Source: Octopus vulgaris (Eukaryota). Taken from it: DNA of 64,000 nt. Numbering within the stretch: position 1 is the first letter of the stretch; each line of letters opens with the position of its first letter. Shown here piece after piece: positions 42,130 through 56,572 of this stretch. A program made the translations under genes and the position numbers. The DNA lies in contig OX597815.1 in the NCBI GenBank assembly GCA_951406725.2, positions 83,204,001-83,268,000 of the forward strand, read 5' to 3'. The notes under the pieces were generated by a model. That model was not told where the DNA came from, searched no databases, and saw only the letters and a list, made by a program, of their open reading frames with translations.

Positions 42130-42480
42130 GTCGCTATCCGTCGTAGGTCGTCATTGTCTGTTCTATTCAAAGATTAAGCCCAACTGCCTCACTTAACCTG
42201 CTATCCGAAAAAAAGGTCTTTGGACGTTAGTAAGGTCGTTGGTGTCATCCTCCACCCACCGCAGACTGCTTCCCTGTGCCTCCACACCAAGTACCATCTG
42301 GTGTACGAGAGTGGAACTATCATGGTCGAAGTTGAATAAAACCTCTGATTCTGCTAACTATCATTTAGTTATACTCCTTCCAATGTGTCAAATGTGCCAG
42401 AAACATTCCAAATGACATTGTCCGTCATAATGAATGACACCCTGCGCTTACTGATCAATGTCCGGCTTTACTAAAGATAT
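42130..42480 (-). mobile_element. Possible RTE-type LINE 3' relic
   Basis: Minus strand DSSTLVHQMVLGVEAQGSSLRWVEDDT resembles the RTE C-terminal GRPxxRWxD motif; weak. Confidence 0.3.
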
Positions 42481-43716
42481 ATCCACTTCATACATATTTT
42501 CTTTTTTACGCAGAAGTGGACGCACACCTTTCAGGAATTTAAAATTAAACAGAATGTTACGCTCCACATTACTTTCGACCTTGTCCTGCAGACAAGTAAA
42601 GACTAGCTAAAACAACAAATGTAATATTTTATGACTTCGTTTCTCATCCTACATGAAATAGTAGCCAAATCCCCCTCAAACTGGGTATTACCATCTTCAA
42701 AAAGAAGAAGAACTGGGAAAATTTGTAATCCAGGTTGCAAAGACATTCAGTTTGTTCATGTGTCTGATCATAAACTTGGTTTATTTAGGGCTCTCCATAC
42801 AATTTTATATTTCATCGGTTGTTCATATAAGCTTTTGAAGAAAAATATTCCAAAATATAAACATAGGTAAATTATATATTAGATAAAGAAATATATTACG
42901 TAAACAATTATATAAACAGCACAAATAAACACAGAACCCATCTATATCAGCAATAACATAAGTCTAAAAAAATAATAAAAATATGCGAAAAATACTTATT
43001 CAGGAAATGTATGATAAAAAGTGTATGTGGTTATTTTCAAATTTACAATTCCCATTACTCTAAATTGCATTATGACATCTGCTCCCGCTCATATTTCAAA
43101 CGTAATTCCTATACGAAGGAAAACATAGATAAACAAAAAAACAGCATATTTGCAATTACTTCAATAAAGAACATTCATATCTTTCATATGGAACTTTTTT
43201 TTGTTCTGAAATATGTTACAACATTCTTGTTATTTTACGTAAACAAATGTTAGTTAAGGACATTTCATGACACTATTGATCAAATTATTAGTGTATTTAG
43301 AAGTTAAACGAAAACTTATTACGCATCTTAAATATAACATAAGTAAATCCGAAGAGAAACGCATCTAAGAAACCGATTTCCGATAATAAAAACAGAGAAA
43401 ACATTTCTTCATTCGCACATGAGAATTTAGTGGGAAAGTAGCAGTCGGTTAAATTGAACATAGTACCAGTTCCTCGACAACGAAAGTTTGCAATATAAAG
43501 TTCATGCAATATAATGAACGGGCTAGTGATAGAATCGAAGTACAACGAACCTCAAAACTGATGGCGTATCAGTATTTTTCCTCGAAAAGTTTAAAGGGAT
43601 TTACATCATTACTTAGAGCTAAGAAGTCTATCTATGACGGCTGTACAGGTCGCAAATTAACGGTCTGTGCAGCCGAGCATTTTGAACTATTGACATCTTC
43701 TGCTCTGCCCTAACTG

Positions 43717-43932
43717 CGAGGGTGTGCTGAAAATTTACTGGCTTTGAGTGAAAGAAAAAACAGGAGAATCAGTAAATTATGATTTTATTCAACATATTCC
43801 TCTCTCTGATTCATACATGTATTGCAGCTGGCCTTCAGTTTTTCTTAGCCTTGTTAAAGAACTCGGAAGGCTGGGCTTCAGTTAGGTCATTCGCAATATT
43901 CTTAAAATCAGGAAATTTTCTGAACCCTTCCG
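43717..43932. mobile_element. mariner-type MITE (~216 bp)
   Basis: Diverged TIRs cgagggtgtgctgaaaatttactggcttt / cggaagggttcagaaaatttcctgatttt (reverse complement); TA at the right end. Confidence 0.7.
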
Positions 43933-44199
43933 TACTGGCCAACAAAATACTCTAACAAATTACGAGCTGTATTAAAAAATGACATTTGCCTGTTTACACA
44001 CAGAAACACCACGTTGGTAGAAAGGAAGTAGAAGAAACAGAAATTGGTTGCTTATTCAGTTTGTAGTTCTATGGACATCAGTTTTTTTAAAAAACTTTTC
44101 TGCATCTTATCCGCAAAATCTTTAGAGTGAGAATGCTTTGTTAACGTTGCGTTTGTTTGTGTCTACTGATGCTGCTTCGGTGTATGTTTCCTTTATATT

Positions 44200-44922
44200 G
44201 AGATGGTATTGTGTTAGGGTTGAGGTTGGTGTGGAGATTTCCATACTGTTGTTGCGATTATGTGTTCCCTACTGATGTTGGGACTGTTATATCGACATTG
44301 GTAGGGGCGTCTTCCCCACCCCACACTTTTTTTTGAGGACAGAAAGTGCTTCAGTGACACACCACACCGCACAAGTGACATCTTAGCATATTGTCCACGA
44401 CCGTAGTTCCATTCAATTGGGAACATTTCCACCACCAAAAATTTCGTCTCGACGAGGTTTTTCACAGAGGCCTCAAACCAAGGTCCATCTCCAGTCCATG
44501 TCTAGAAGTTTCACAGCACTCCACTAAAACACAAACCTACAGCCATCAAATGTCCGAACCAGGTGGAACACTTTCTATCTCAAAGCAAATGGTACTTCCT
44601 GCTATATATGCTGCGTAAAAGATGAGTTACTTGTCAAATATGGGAGAAATGGAATGCGTTAGTACGAGGACTTCACTCTTAAGGTAGATTTCAACGCTTC
44701 CACATTGCCTCACCCAGGTCACACGATCTATAACCTCCCATATTTCTTTAAGGGACGCTTCCATCTTGTCGTGTGTTGTTGTTCCTAGCCGACGTGTTTT
44801 AGCCGGCATACAGTGACACTCTGTAGATGCTACTTAACGTCGTCTGAGATAACGTGTTCCCTTTTTATTCCACTTGATTAGCGGCTTCGCCTGAGTCAAG
44901 CGTCTCAACTTGTCGCTTAAGC
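44200..44922 (-). mobile_element. Probable L1/Tx1-type LINE 5' end/ORF1 relic
   Basis: Minus strand RCHLCGVVCH*STFCP (CCHC knuckle) downstream of LGTTTHDKMEASLKEIWE..GSVEIYL; begins next to (CT)n. Confidence 0.5.
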
Positions 44923-45467
44923 AGAGAGAGAGAGAGAGAGAGAGAAGGGGGGTAGCGCGTTGATATCACTGCCAATAACAGTAAAAGACTGCTACCAGCT
45001 TGCGGTACTGCTCATACCACTTACTTTGTCATTTTCGTATTTGTAGTTGTTGCTATTGCCGCTGTAGTTGATGCGTATCGCTTTCTCTTGTATTGCTAAA
45101 ATCATTCTACTATCGTTGCTGTTACAATTGCTATTATTGTACTTGTTTTTCTTGTATTCCTTGGTATTGTTATTCGCGTGCAACAGTTCCCTTATGGAAC
45201 TGAGAGTGGTATGATAATATTTCCGTGATACCTTACCAATGAGTTTGATAGTGGACGGTAACACAACTGCTATTCTAAACGAGGGATGCGAAAACCAACG
45301 AAATCAAATATGTGTTGTTTCAGGCAAAATGATGCAGTCCCCATCTTCATTCAATGATATCGAGGTACTTAGGTAAAGTGCCCCTACTTATTTTCACAAA
45401 GACTTACAAGAAATTTTTTCAACGAAATTAAACAAATTTCATGAGTGTATGATGATGATAATAATAA

Positions 45468-45557
<90 letters not shown>

Positions 45558-45565
45558 TGATGATG

Positions 45566-45642
<77 letters not shown>

Positions 45643-46129
45643 TGATTGTAAGTGTTATCATGTACATTGTTTTGTCTTGGTATAAAAGATGGGCTACAGC
45701 AAATATTCTGCTCAATACCACAGATTTGCTTGTCAGATGTTTGACCTTAACCAGTTGAGCATGTCCCTTAGTGGATGACGATATGTGCACCTCTGATCAC
45801 GAACAGAAGTAGTGGGGGAGCATCATAGCCATGTGTTAAGAAGGATTCACCTCTGGAGACATGGATGTTTCGTTCAACATACTTAAACAACCCTTATTCA
45901 GAGACCTTTTGAGCGGGATGGGTTACTCGACAAGAAGAAAATTCTAACAGGGCCCCACTTGCAAGGTCATGTGCTGTTTATCTTGATGTGAGATCGCCAT
46001 GTCGCGCACATATTGTTGTGATGCATGTACCTAGTGTACCCTCATCAGATGGGTAGTCATGATGGTTATACTGGGCTTCGTATATTTTACACCAGTGTCA
46101 CTTTGATGGCATTCACTGCTCGCTCACTC

Positions 46130-46130
<1 letters not shown>
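45643..46130 (+). mobile_element. ~490-bp non-coding interspersed repeat embedded in (TAA)n
   Basis: Collinear inverted homolog at 53312-53790; (TAA)n on both sides. Confidence 0.85.
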
Positions 46131-46189
<59 letters not shown>

Positions 46190-46470
46190 CTTGAAAAGTA
46201 CGTGGAACAAACCGGTGCTGCAATCTCGAGAATTACGTGGAACTTAGGTGCTGCAATCTCGAGAAATATATGGAACAAATAGTGGCTGCAATGTCGAGAA
46301 GCACGTGGAAGAAATAGGGGCTGCAATAAGGGTGGATCATTTGCCCTGCTTGGAACCGCTCAAATACCCCGGAAGGTGCTCGAATATTAAGTGGTGTTAC
46401 CTTAGTTCACTGGTAGTGAACAGCTGACACTCTAGTACATCTCTAGCGTTAGAAGCTGTGCAAAAGCAAT
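46190..46470 (+). mobile_element. Dong/R4-type extreme 3' end with a 4x reiterated 33-35-bp 5' segment
   Basis: LEKYVEQ.GAAI repeated four times, then LLGTAQIPRKVLEY*, 3' UTR and a TAA-like tail. Confidence 0.7.
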
Positions 46471-46719
46471 TATAATAACAACGATAATAACGATGATGAT
46501 GATGATGATCATGATGATCATGATCATGATAATGACGTTGATGATGATGATGACGACGACGATAACGATGATGATGATAATAATGATAACGATTGCTTCT
46601 ATATTTTCAAATGGATAGCAGTTTCCAAGTGAGATAAATCTAATACAGGGTCCCTGAACCTTGACTGATACTTTATCCTAACGACTTAGATTTTTTTTGA
46701 CGCATAAATGTTTCTGCAA

Positions 46720-47460
46720 TCCCACTGCCTTAACAACAAGAAGCAAGATGGAGAACAAAGATTGACAACAGAAAAGTGAACGCGAACAATTGGCAATGCC
46801 TCAGAGGAATGAAGGGAAAGACAAGATAAAACTTGGAGGTGGCGGAAGGAATGTGGTCTGAAGGGATGCACCGAGGCTTTGATATGCAGTGCTCAAGAAC
46901 AAGCTAAGATAAATAGAGTATTGAATTGCCTCTTTGTAAGACTTGTAGCATGGAAAATGAATCAGTCCCACATACCATGAGTGAGTTGAGCAAATTAGCG
47001 CAAAAGGGTTACAAAAGGAAGCATGATAACATAGCTAGGTATGTTCATTGGAGATTAAATGTGTAACACGGTCTTGCAAGGACATGTAAATGGCACGAGT
47101 ATACACTAGAAGGTATCATCGAGATTATGACATCTTATGGAAGTTTACAATCCAGTGTGATTCAGTGATTTTTGCTTGGACACAGGCATTGTTGTTGTTG
47201 TTGTTAAATCATGGAGGAAGCCAAAAGCATAGATATTGCCATACCTGAGAATGTACGAGTGGATGATAATGAACTGGAAAGATTCAGAGCAACGAAGAAA
47301 GTAGCTGTCATGCAAGTAGTTTCTATGGAAATTAGGAACAGTAAGAATCGGGTTCGAGAAGTTTGTTGGAGAAATCGGGGAGGACATAAAGATAGAACAT
47401 GATCAAAAATCAGCTTTATTGGGGATAGCGAGGATTTTAAGACTGGCACTTGGATGTCAT
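46720..47460 (+). mobile_element. Second Dong/R4-clade 3' relic
   Basis: EGCTEALICSAQEQA; CSMENESVPHTMSELSKLAQKGYKRKHDNIARYVHWRL; KWHEY; LWKFTIQCD; IDIAIPENVRV. Confidence 0.85.
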
Positions 47461-50400
47461 GTGTAGTGCAAGAAGACTGTGTGAGACACGTTGTTGTCCT
47501 CTCTCACAGAAATAGCAAGAGAAAATGAGATCTCTTTGAAGTGAAATGTATAATAAATATACTGAAGTGAAATGTATAATAAATATACTAAAAGGAATCA
47601 AAAATATATTTCGAAGGTAAATTTACAAATTGCAACCTTATTCGAAGTGGCGGATTCACAAACGTTAACTCAGAGGAAGATTCCACAAGCATCGGTAGCA
47701 TGTATTAAAAATTCTATAGAAGCCCAATCGTATGATGGGATAAGTAGAAGTATATTAAATAAACTAACAATTTGAAGCTTATTACTTCATTTTTGCATGA
47801 TAATAAATTTCCACCTCTCTGAAAACAGATATGGTAAAATCGCGGTGTTATTTCTACATCAAGACTATTATATCAATTTTGCATGTCTCGAAGATTGTTG
47901 ATGTCTCATCAGTGATCAGTTATTCATAGTTGTCATCAGCGGGTTCAATATATATTTTGGGCTACATACACTGATGAACGTTAGTACCAGTGTACAATTT
48001 ACGACAAGGATTTAACAAATACCCCACACAGCAGTAGGGTGAGTAAAGCTGCAAACGCAAAATTTAAAAGTATATATTCTTCAAATAAATACTGAGTACT
48101 ATATTATATTTCAAGGACAGTCTTTCACTTATGCCTCCATAAAAAAGATTGACTGATGTAGTTTCACTGTTCCCTAAACTACTCATCAGGAAACTGAAAA
48201 TCTTTTCTTCACGAGCCATGTAGTTCGTAATATATTATAAAAATCAAGAACTTACTAAATCGGCCTGCATAGATTTCATAAACGTGCATAGACACAGAGT
48301 ATATATTATTTAATAAATACATGCACTGCATCGCTTTATGATGAGTAGTCATGTGAGGAAAATTTACGCAAATATGCACGTTTATTGCAAACATCGTTCT
48401 AAAAAGTAGTCAACACGATTCAACTATATAATAAATGCTCTGTCTGTCTGCTTCTCCCTGTCTCTCTCTGTCTCTCTCTCTCGCTAGCTCTCTCCTGCGC
48501 GAGGACGTGAATTGCTTCTTATTTTCGTTAACGCTTTACCATGCATCACTTTGTCATTTCTGCCAGCGGAGAGGATATCAGTTATACCCATTTGTATTAT
48601 GCAAACCAAGCAAGAACACCATTAGATTGGACTATTTAATTTGCGACTGTAATCAATATAATCGTTTGACCTAGTCAGGTAGACCTATTTTTGACAGTGC
48701 TAAGAAAACATTGTGGTTTTGTACAAAAACGCGAAAATTCCGTTTATTTAAATCGAAACAAGCACTCGATATTTTACAGGATATCCCTATTTACACTACT
48801 GCTCTGTAGTGATTTTATTAATCGTTTATACGCAAATTACACAAAACCTTTCGATCTGTATGACATTATGTGAATGTAACTAGAGACTGCTATTTTCTCA
48901 ATGAAAAGAAATGAGTAACCTATCACTGATGATACGATAATATATTAGGAAAATCTTCAAATAGCTCTATATCTGAGGTGACAAAAAGGGAAGTTAAAAG
49001 CCGTGTGATTTAACTGCAGTGGTTCATTTTTATAACTACAGCGCAAATTTGTATCACCGAGAAAAAGTTAAAAGAAAAAAGTCACTCATAATTTTTACTT
49101 ACACCCCTGATTTTTCTGCACTTATGTAATATTTAACCATCTATATATCTATTTAGCTATTTATTTATTTGTCTATCTCTGTGTGTGTACATGTATGTAT
49201 GTATGCATGCTTTAAAGCACGTATGAGAATGTTTGTGTGCGTATACATAGATGATAAGACGGTCAGACAGATAAATTTTATATATTAAGTCTACAGTTTG
49301 TAAGGCTTAACTTCATTAAATTAATTTTAGATCTTATAATGCATGCTGTTGTTGTATGAAAAAGTACATACAGGTGCATGTGTGTCTAATTGTGTGTGTG
49401 AAATATTTTGAATATGTCGCGATGGTTACAGGCTTCAAGATATTCCACTATACGAATATCAATGAAGACCCTCACTTTCATTGTCCTCTTCTTCTTGTAA
49501 CCAGTAATATTGCTTACTTTCACTGTCGGACATAGTCATCTATTACGATAGATTCGTTAGTAGATAATATTTACAACACTGTATTTACGATAAATATAAA
49601 GTATATATCTCTAATATCTTGGCACAAAAATCCCTAGAATACCTTTCCGCATACAATCACAAATAAAAGAAATGAATTTAAAAATTGTGTCCGTTTCCTT
49701 GGTCTTCTTGATCTATCAAGTATTCTGATGCATTTTTAATGTGATGTAACCCCTTTAATATTAACTCTGCTGCCATAATGTTGTTTTCATGTCGAAATAA
49801 TAAAATGTAACCCTAGCAACTGCATAATTAAGCAATGCTAGTGTTGCAACATATGAATATACAATTTTTTAATATCTTTGTGCATATAATGATTACTTGG
49901 AACGAAGATTATTTTTCATATTTTCTAAGAAAATAATAATACGTTGCTACTTATTATTAACACCGCTGCAAGTAAAAGGTATATTTAACAATATCTAAGA
50001 ACTGATAAGAGAAATCAACTCCGATGGGATTTAAACTAAAAAAAATAAATTAAGACTAATATTAAAAACAGTTAATAGGTCTGAGCCGTGTCATTAGCGT
50101 TACTGTCATCGTAGCAGATGCTATCGGTTCAGATACAACTACACTAAGTTTAGGTCATTATAATTGCTGACGATGAATGCATTACTACCCTGGTAGTTGT
50201 ATCAATTAGGCTGCAGCCACATGCCAATGTCTAGTTGAGTCAGATTGGATGTTATGTACCACTACTACATCGTACGATTGCTAAAGCTACAGTTGCAAAC
50301 CGATGTTAATAGTAGTTCCATTGGTCGGCAAAATCTGTGCGCTGCATCAGTTGAATACAGTTATATAAAAACATATGCTTCTACTGCACCTACCTGCTAC

Positions 50401-51870
50401 TGCTGCAGATATTTCAGCTGCTCTAGCTACTGCAGTAGCCATTATATCATAGTATTGCTGATACTGCTCTGTTGCTTACTGAATCAGATTGCTACTTAGA
50501 TATTATGGTATTCGTGCTAACATTGCTGACTTTAATACAGCGTTCATGACACACGGTGTACCTTGTAACGCTTTTTCTTTCAGTCATATAACTGATTCCG
50601 TAGCTAACTTTAACAGACAAATTTCAAGTTTACTGCACCATATACGATATTACGTTAAAAGTGATGATATTGCAAGAATATGTGTTTGTAGCATCAAAAA
50701 TGTTGCTCGGTTATGGAACAACATTTATTTATTGCTAACAACAGGAAATAAATGCACCAGTTTTATTCAAATTTAGCGTTCATAAAATTATGTGTATTGC
50801 AGTAATCTTAAATTATCATTTTTCTTTTTAACATAAGCCAGTACCACGTTTACAAGCAGGTCAGGGTATAGGTAAATTCCTAAAATACGGTTTCTCTGAA
50901 TGATTTTAAAACAGAATCTAAATACAATTCGTTATATTTTGGGATGGTCATCCTTTTCTCTTGCTATATAAATACACGGACTATGTATTCCTTCACTTCA
51001 GACTTCTTATCTTATGTTCTTTGTCTCCGTCCCATGTCTCCTCCAGTTCAGGAGTACAGGAGGAGACACTTGAGATGGAGAGACGTTGAAGTGGTAACAT
51101 AATGTGACGAAAGATTTCCAGACAGCGAACATAAAATTTAGAACAATAATAAATCTAAAGTGAAGAACGAATACAGAGTGCATGTAATTATTTGGCATGA
51201 CAAAAAAAAATGACCGTTCCAGAATAGAACATGAAATGCTGTGGTGAGACGGTTGCACTGTTCCTAGACCTCGAAATGCAGTCGAACTTCCTGGGCGTCG
51301 GCGTTGAGTTAGTGTTTCTGGGTTTGATCAGCAGTGTAAGTGTCATTTAGGCTAGTCACCGTATATGACATGACTGGGGCAGAGCAGCCAGATAGCTTCA
51401 GATGCCTGGAACTTTCCCCAGTAAAGTCTTGCTATTTGATGTATGAGGGCGACGGAAGCGTTATCTTGGATACGGGTGTGTTGTTCTAGCTGACATGAAA
51501 GTGGGTTTAAGTGCCTCACAAAACTACTTAGTCACTTCTAACTGACAAACAGAAGCCTTTGAATTGCTGAATGCGTCAGTATGACCGTGGGCAAACATCA
51601 TCGACTCAGTTAGACCGTATAAGGTGGATGTATTCTATAGACAAGTAAACAGAGAAATCGCAAGTTATCCACATTTCAACATCATCAGCTACACAGACCA
51701 CAAATTTGTAGCGTGTACGATTGACCTAGATAGACTGCACAGTCAGGGTCCTGGCAGCTAAAAACTAAACACACCTTTACAACGAGCCAGGATTACAGTA
51801 ATCAGGTTAAAAGAGGTTTATTAAAAAACAATGTCCACTACCACAGGCGATGCATTGCATGATACCTGAA

Positions 51871-52097
51871 AGAAAGCCTTCGGACGGAGGTTAGGAGGCA
51901 AAACTTCGAAGCCCCTGTCATCCCTTACTTTCTAAAATTTTAATAGACATATGTGTATATATATGTGTGTGTGTGCCTGTGTGTGTATGTGTTTGTGTGT
52001 TTGTATGTATACACACATACATCTATAAGATTTTAGAAAGTGAGGGATAACAGGGACTTCGAAGTTTCATTTCCTACCCTCCGTCCAAAAGCTTTCT
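51871..52097. repeat. Fold-back inverted repeat, ~85-bp arms around a (TG)n-rich spacer
   Basis: agaaagccttcggacggagg...aacttcgaagcccctgtcatcccttactttctaaaat vs attttagaaagtgagggataacagggacttcgaagtt...cctccgtccaaaagctttct. Confidence 0.85.
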
Positions 52098-52142
52098 ATA
52101 TAATACACACACACACACATACGTACATATATATATACTCTC

Positions 52143-52358
52143 TTTTACTCTTTTACTTGTTTCAGTCATTTGACTGCGGCCATGCTGGAGCACCGACTTT
52201 TTAGTCGAGAAAATCGACCCCGGGACTTATTCTTTGTAAGCCCAGTACTTATTCTATCGGTCTCTTTTGCCGAACCGCTAAGTGACGGGGACGTAAACAC
52301 ACCAGCATCGGTTGTCAAGCAATGCTAGGGGGACAATCACAGACACACAAACACATAT

Positions 52359-52391
<33 letters not shown>

Positions 52392-52546
52392 CATATATAC
52401 GACAGGTTTCTTTCAGTTTCCGTCTACCAAATCCACTCACAAGGCATTGGTCGGCCCGGGGCTATAGCAGAAGACAGTTGCCCAAGATGCCACGCAGTGG
52501 AACTGAACCCGGAACCATGTGGTTGGTTAGCAAGCTACTTACCACA
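52143..52546 (-). mobile_element. SINE family A, best-preserved copy
   Basis: Minus strand tRNA-like head tgtggtaag...ccgggttcagttcc, internal (TA)(TG) tract, tail cggtgctccagcatggccgcagtcaaatgactgaaacaagtaaaagagtaaaag. Confidence 0.92.
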
Positions 52547-52639
52547 TAAATATATATATATATATGCACATACATACAATAAATATAACATATTGCTGTC
52601 TGTTTCATACTTCATTTCTTCACATACACTTTCTTCCAG

Positions 52640-52725
52640 ACGCTATTTTGTTAATGGCTTCGGGTATGTCACTTACAGTGACATTGATAAGCATTATCCA
52701 TTTACATGGATGGCAATTCCTGTAC
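52640..52725 (+). other. Candidate 86-bp internal exon of an unidentified gene
   Basis: Pyrimidine-rich acceptor ...ctttcttccag| and donor |gtaagt; two of three frames open (RYFVNGFGYVTYSDIDKHYPFTWMAIPV or AILLMASGMSLTVTLISIIHLHGWQFLY). Confidence 0.4.
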
Positions 52726-52764
52726 GTAAGTTTTCGTTTGCTTTCCTTTCTTTTCTCCTTCTTT

Positions 52765-52766
52765 TC

Positions 52767-52797
<31 letters not shown>

Positions 52798-52821
52798 TTC
52801 TTCTTCTTCTTCTTCTTCAGC

Positions 52822-52853
<32 letters not shown>

Positions 52854-52863
52854 CTTCTTCACC

Positions 52864-52895
<32 letters not shown>

Positions 52896-53006
52896 CTTCT
52901 TCTTCTTCTTCTTCTTCTTCTTCTTCTTCTTCTTCTTCTTCTTCTTCTTCTTCTTCTTCTTCTTCTTCTTCACCTTCTTCACCTTCTTCACCTTCTTCTT
53001 CTTCTT

Positions 53007-53075
<69 letters not shown>

Positions 53076-53146
53076 CTTGTCATCGTCGTCCTTGCTGCTG
53101 CAGTTGTTGTTGTTGTTCTTCTTCTTCTTCTTACTACTACTACAAA

Positions 53147-53187
<41 letters not shown>

Positions 53188-53230
53188 TTGTTATTATTAT
53201 TACTACTATAGTAGTAGTAGCAGCAGCAGT

Positions 53231-53311
<81 letters not shown>
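52765..53311. repeat. Compound trinucleotide array (CTT/ATT/ACT/GTA/GCA)n
   Basis: Direct reading. Confidence 0.95.
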
Positions 53312-53312
<1 letters not shown>

Positions 53313-53790
53313 CAAACCAAAAATGACAATGGGATAAAATATACGAAGCCCAGTCTACCCATCATGACAATCCATCTGATAAATGTACACCAGGCACATG
53401 CATCATAATCATATGTGCGGGACATGGTGAACTCACCTCAAGATAAAGAGCGCATGATTTTGCAGGTGGGGGTCCAGTTAAAAATTTCTTCAGGTTGAGT
53501 TCAAAAGGTCCCCGAATAGCGGTTGTTTAAGGATGTTGAGCGAAACACCCATATTTCCAGAGTTGAATTATTCACACCCCAAAGAATTCCTTTGGTTATG
53601 ATGCTTCCCCACAACTTCTGCTCGTGATCAGAGATGCGCATATCGTCAGCCAACACGGGACATGCTCAAATAGTTAAGGTCAAGCAAATGACAAGCAAAT
53701 CAGAGCAGAATATTTATTGTAGATCATCTTTTATACCAAGAAAAAACGTGTACATGATAACACTTCCAATCATTTAAGATCAGAATCTGT
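53312..53790 (-). mobile_element. Second copy of the ~490-bp trinucleotide-associated repeat
   Basis: aaatatacgaagcccagt, ctcgtgatcagag, ggacatgctcaa, tacatgataacactt are reverse complements of 45643-46130. Confidence 0.85.
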
Positions 53791-53859
53791 TACTCCATCA
53801 GAGTAGGTATTATTATTATTATTATTATTATAATTATTATTATTATTATTATTATTATT

Positions 53860-53922
<63 letters not shown>

Positions 53923-53940
53923 GCTGCTGTTGTTGCTGCT

Positions 53941-53996
<56 letters not shown>

Positions 53997-54005
53997 TGTT
54001 GTTGC

Positions 54006-54119
<114 letters not shown>

Positions 54120-54130
54120 CATTATTATAA

Positions 54131-54338
54131 AGGCAACGAGCTGGCAGGATCATTAGCACGCCGGGTGAAATGCTTATCGGCATTTCGTCTGCCGCGACGT
54201 TCTGTGTTCAAATTCCGCCGAGGTCGACTTTGCCTTTCATGTTTTCAGGATCGATAAATTAAGTACCAGTTATGCACTAGGGTCGATGTAATCGACTTTC
54301 CTCCTCTTCCAAATTTCAGGCCTAGTGCCTATAATAAA
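54131..54338 (+). mobile_element. tRNA-derived SINE family B, near complete
   Basis: Head gagctggcaggatcattagc, B-box-like gttcaaattcc, central gaggtcgactttgcctttcat...gatcgataaattaagtaccag (resembles the Meta/MESC-type SINE core, from recall). Confidence 0.88.
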
Positions 54339-54478
54339 TTCACTGGAATATTTAGTCATCTATCAAATCACAACACGGACATCAGGCAGATAATACATTT
54401 CTTAAGATATGCACTGTCATTTTTGCAAGACATCAATCTTGCATGGGATTTTCAGTTCCCTTAAGAGTGGTGGTGGTG

Positions 54479-54549
<71 letters not shown>

Positions 54550-54569
54550 CGATAGACAAATTTTATGGC

Positions 54570-54860
54570 CAGACAACGCAGCCGTTTTACATCGCTTGCC
54601 CAGTCCGTTCTGAAGGTCCTGTCTCATCCCTTGAGCTGACACACGGGAGAGCTAGGGGTGGGGGCTGATGCAGACGACAGTGACGTAATGGTATCCGACA
54701 CCACGAATATGCAGCTGGACGATTAAATTCTAAAAGAATATGAGGCGATGGTAGTACTAAAGAAAAAGAGAACCCGGACAAGTCGGTGGACTTGGGAGGC
54801 AAGTCTATGCCATGAAGCAGCAGAGTATATCGCTGGGATAGCGGACCGCTTTAGTTATTC
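54570..54860 (+). mobile_element. L1/Tx1 RT fragment
   Basis: ADADDSDVMVSDTTNMQL..ILKEYEAM...NPDKSV matches YADD...LxxYExxxGxxINxxKS. Confidence 0.7.
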
Positions 54861-55319
54861 GCGATCTGGATTGGTCCTAAACCTTAACTTTACAAACAGT
54901 GTAGCTGGCTGCACTCTTTCTTTACATTCTAATATATAATGATTTAAGCTCTCTAGTGATTGCAATCAACCCCGAGGTAACAACTTCATTGAAAGGAGAA
55001 TATATTTCATGTCTGATAACAAGGAACATTATTTCCCACGTTATACCTTATCAAAAATATGTTACCAGAAACGGTGTATAGCATATATGATAATATTCAA
55101 ACATTAGTTACGCCAGCAAAACACACCAAACGGCAGACCTCACTCACTTACAGCGGAGATTTGTCGGCTATTGCTCATTAAACTCATTGTCTAAATTAAT
55201 GATTTGAAGAACTCTGTGCTTAAATATTTATTAAATGAAACAGATATGAATAGATAAATGAATAAATGTGTGCGTAGGTATGTATGCGCAAACAGAATAA
55301 GAGAGACAGGAGTAAAAAG

Positions 55320-56572
<1,253 letters not shown>

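Noticed and set aside
46190-46327. CRISPR-like 33-35-bp repeats
   Set aside because: No spacers, diverged units, LINE-derived, eukaryotic context, no cas genes
47538-47590. Short tandem duplications (also 23815-23866, 14751-14786)
   Set aside because: Ordinary slippage duplications with no further structure
48568-48640. Possible terminal exon GEDISYTHLYYANQARTPLDWTI* after ttctgccag
   Set aside because: Only an acceptor-like site supports it; no recognised homology
51200-51860. GC-richer block, possibly a LINE ORF1 relic on the minus strand
   Set aside because: No motif could be read with enough confidence to call it
52497-53408. Longest ORF (303 aa) and the many [12 protein letters not shown]/poly-L/N/K ORFs
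   Set aside because: Translations of di-, tri- and tetranucleotide microsatellites, not genes
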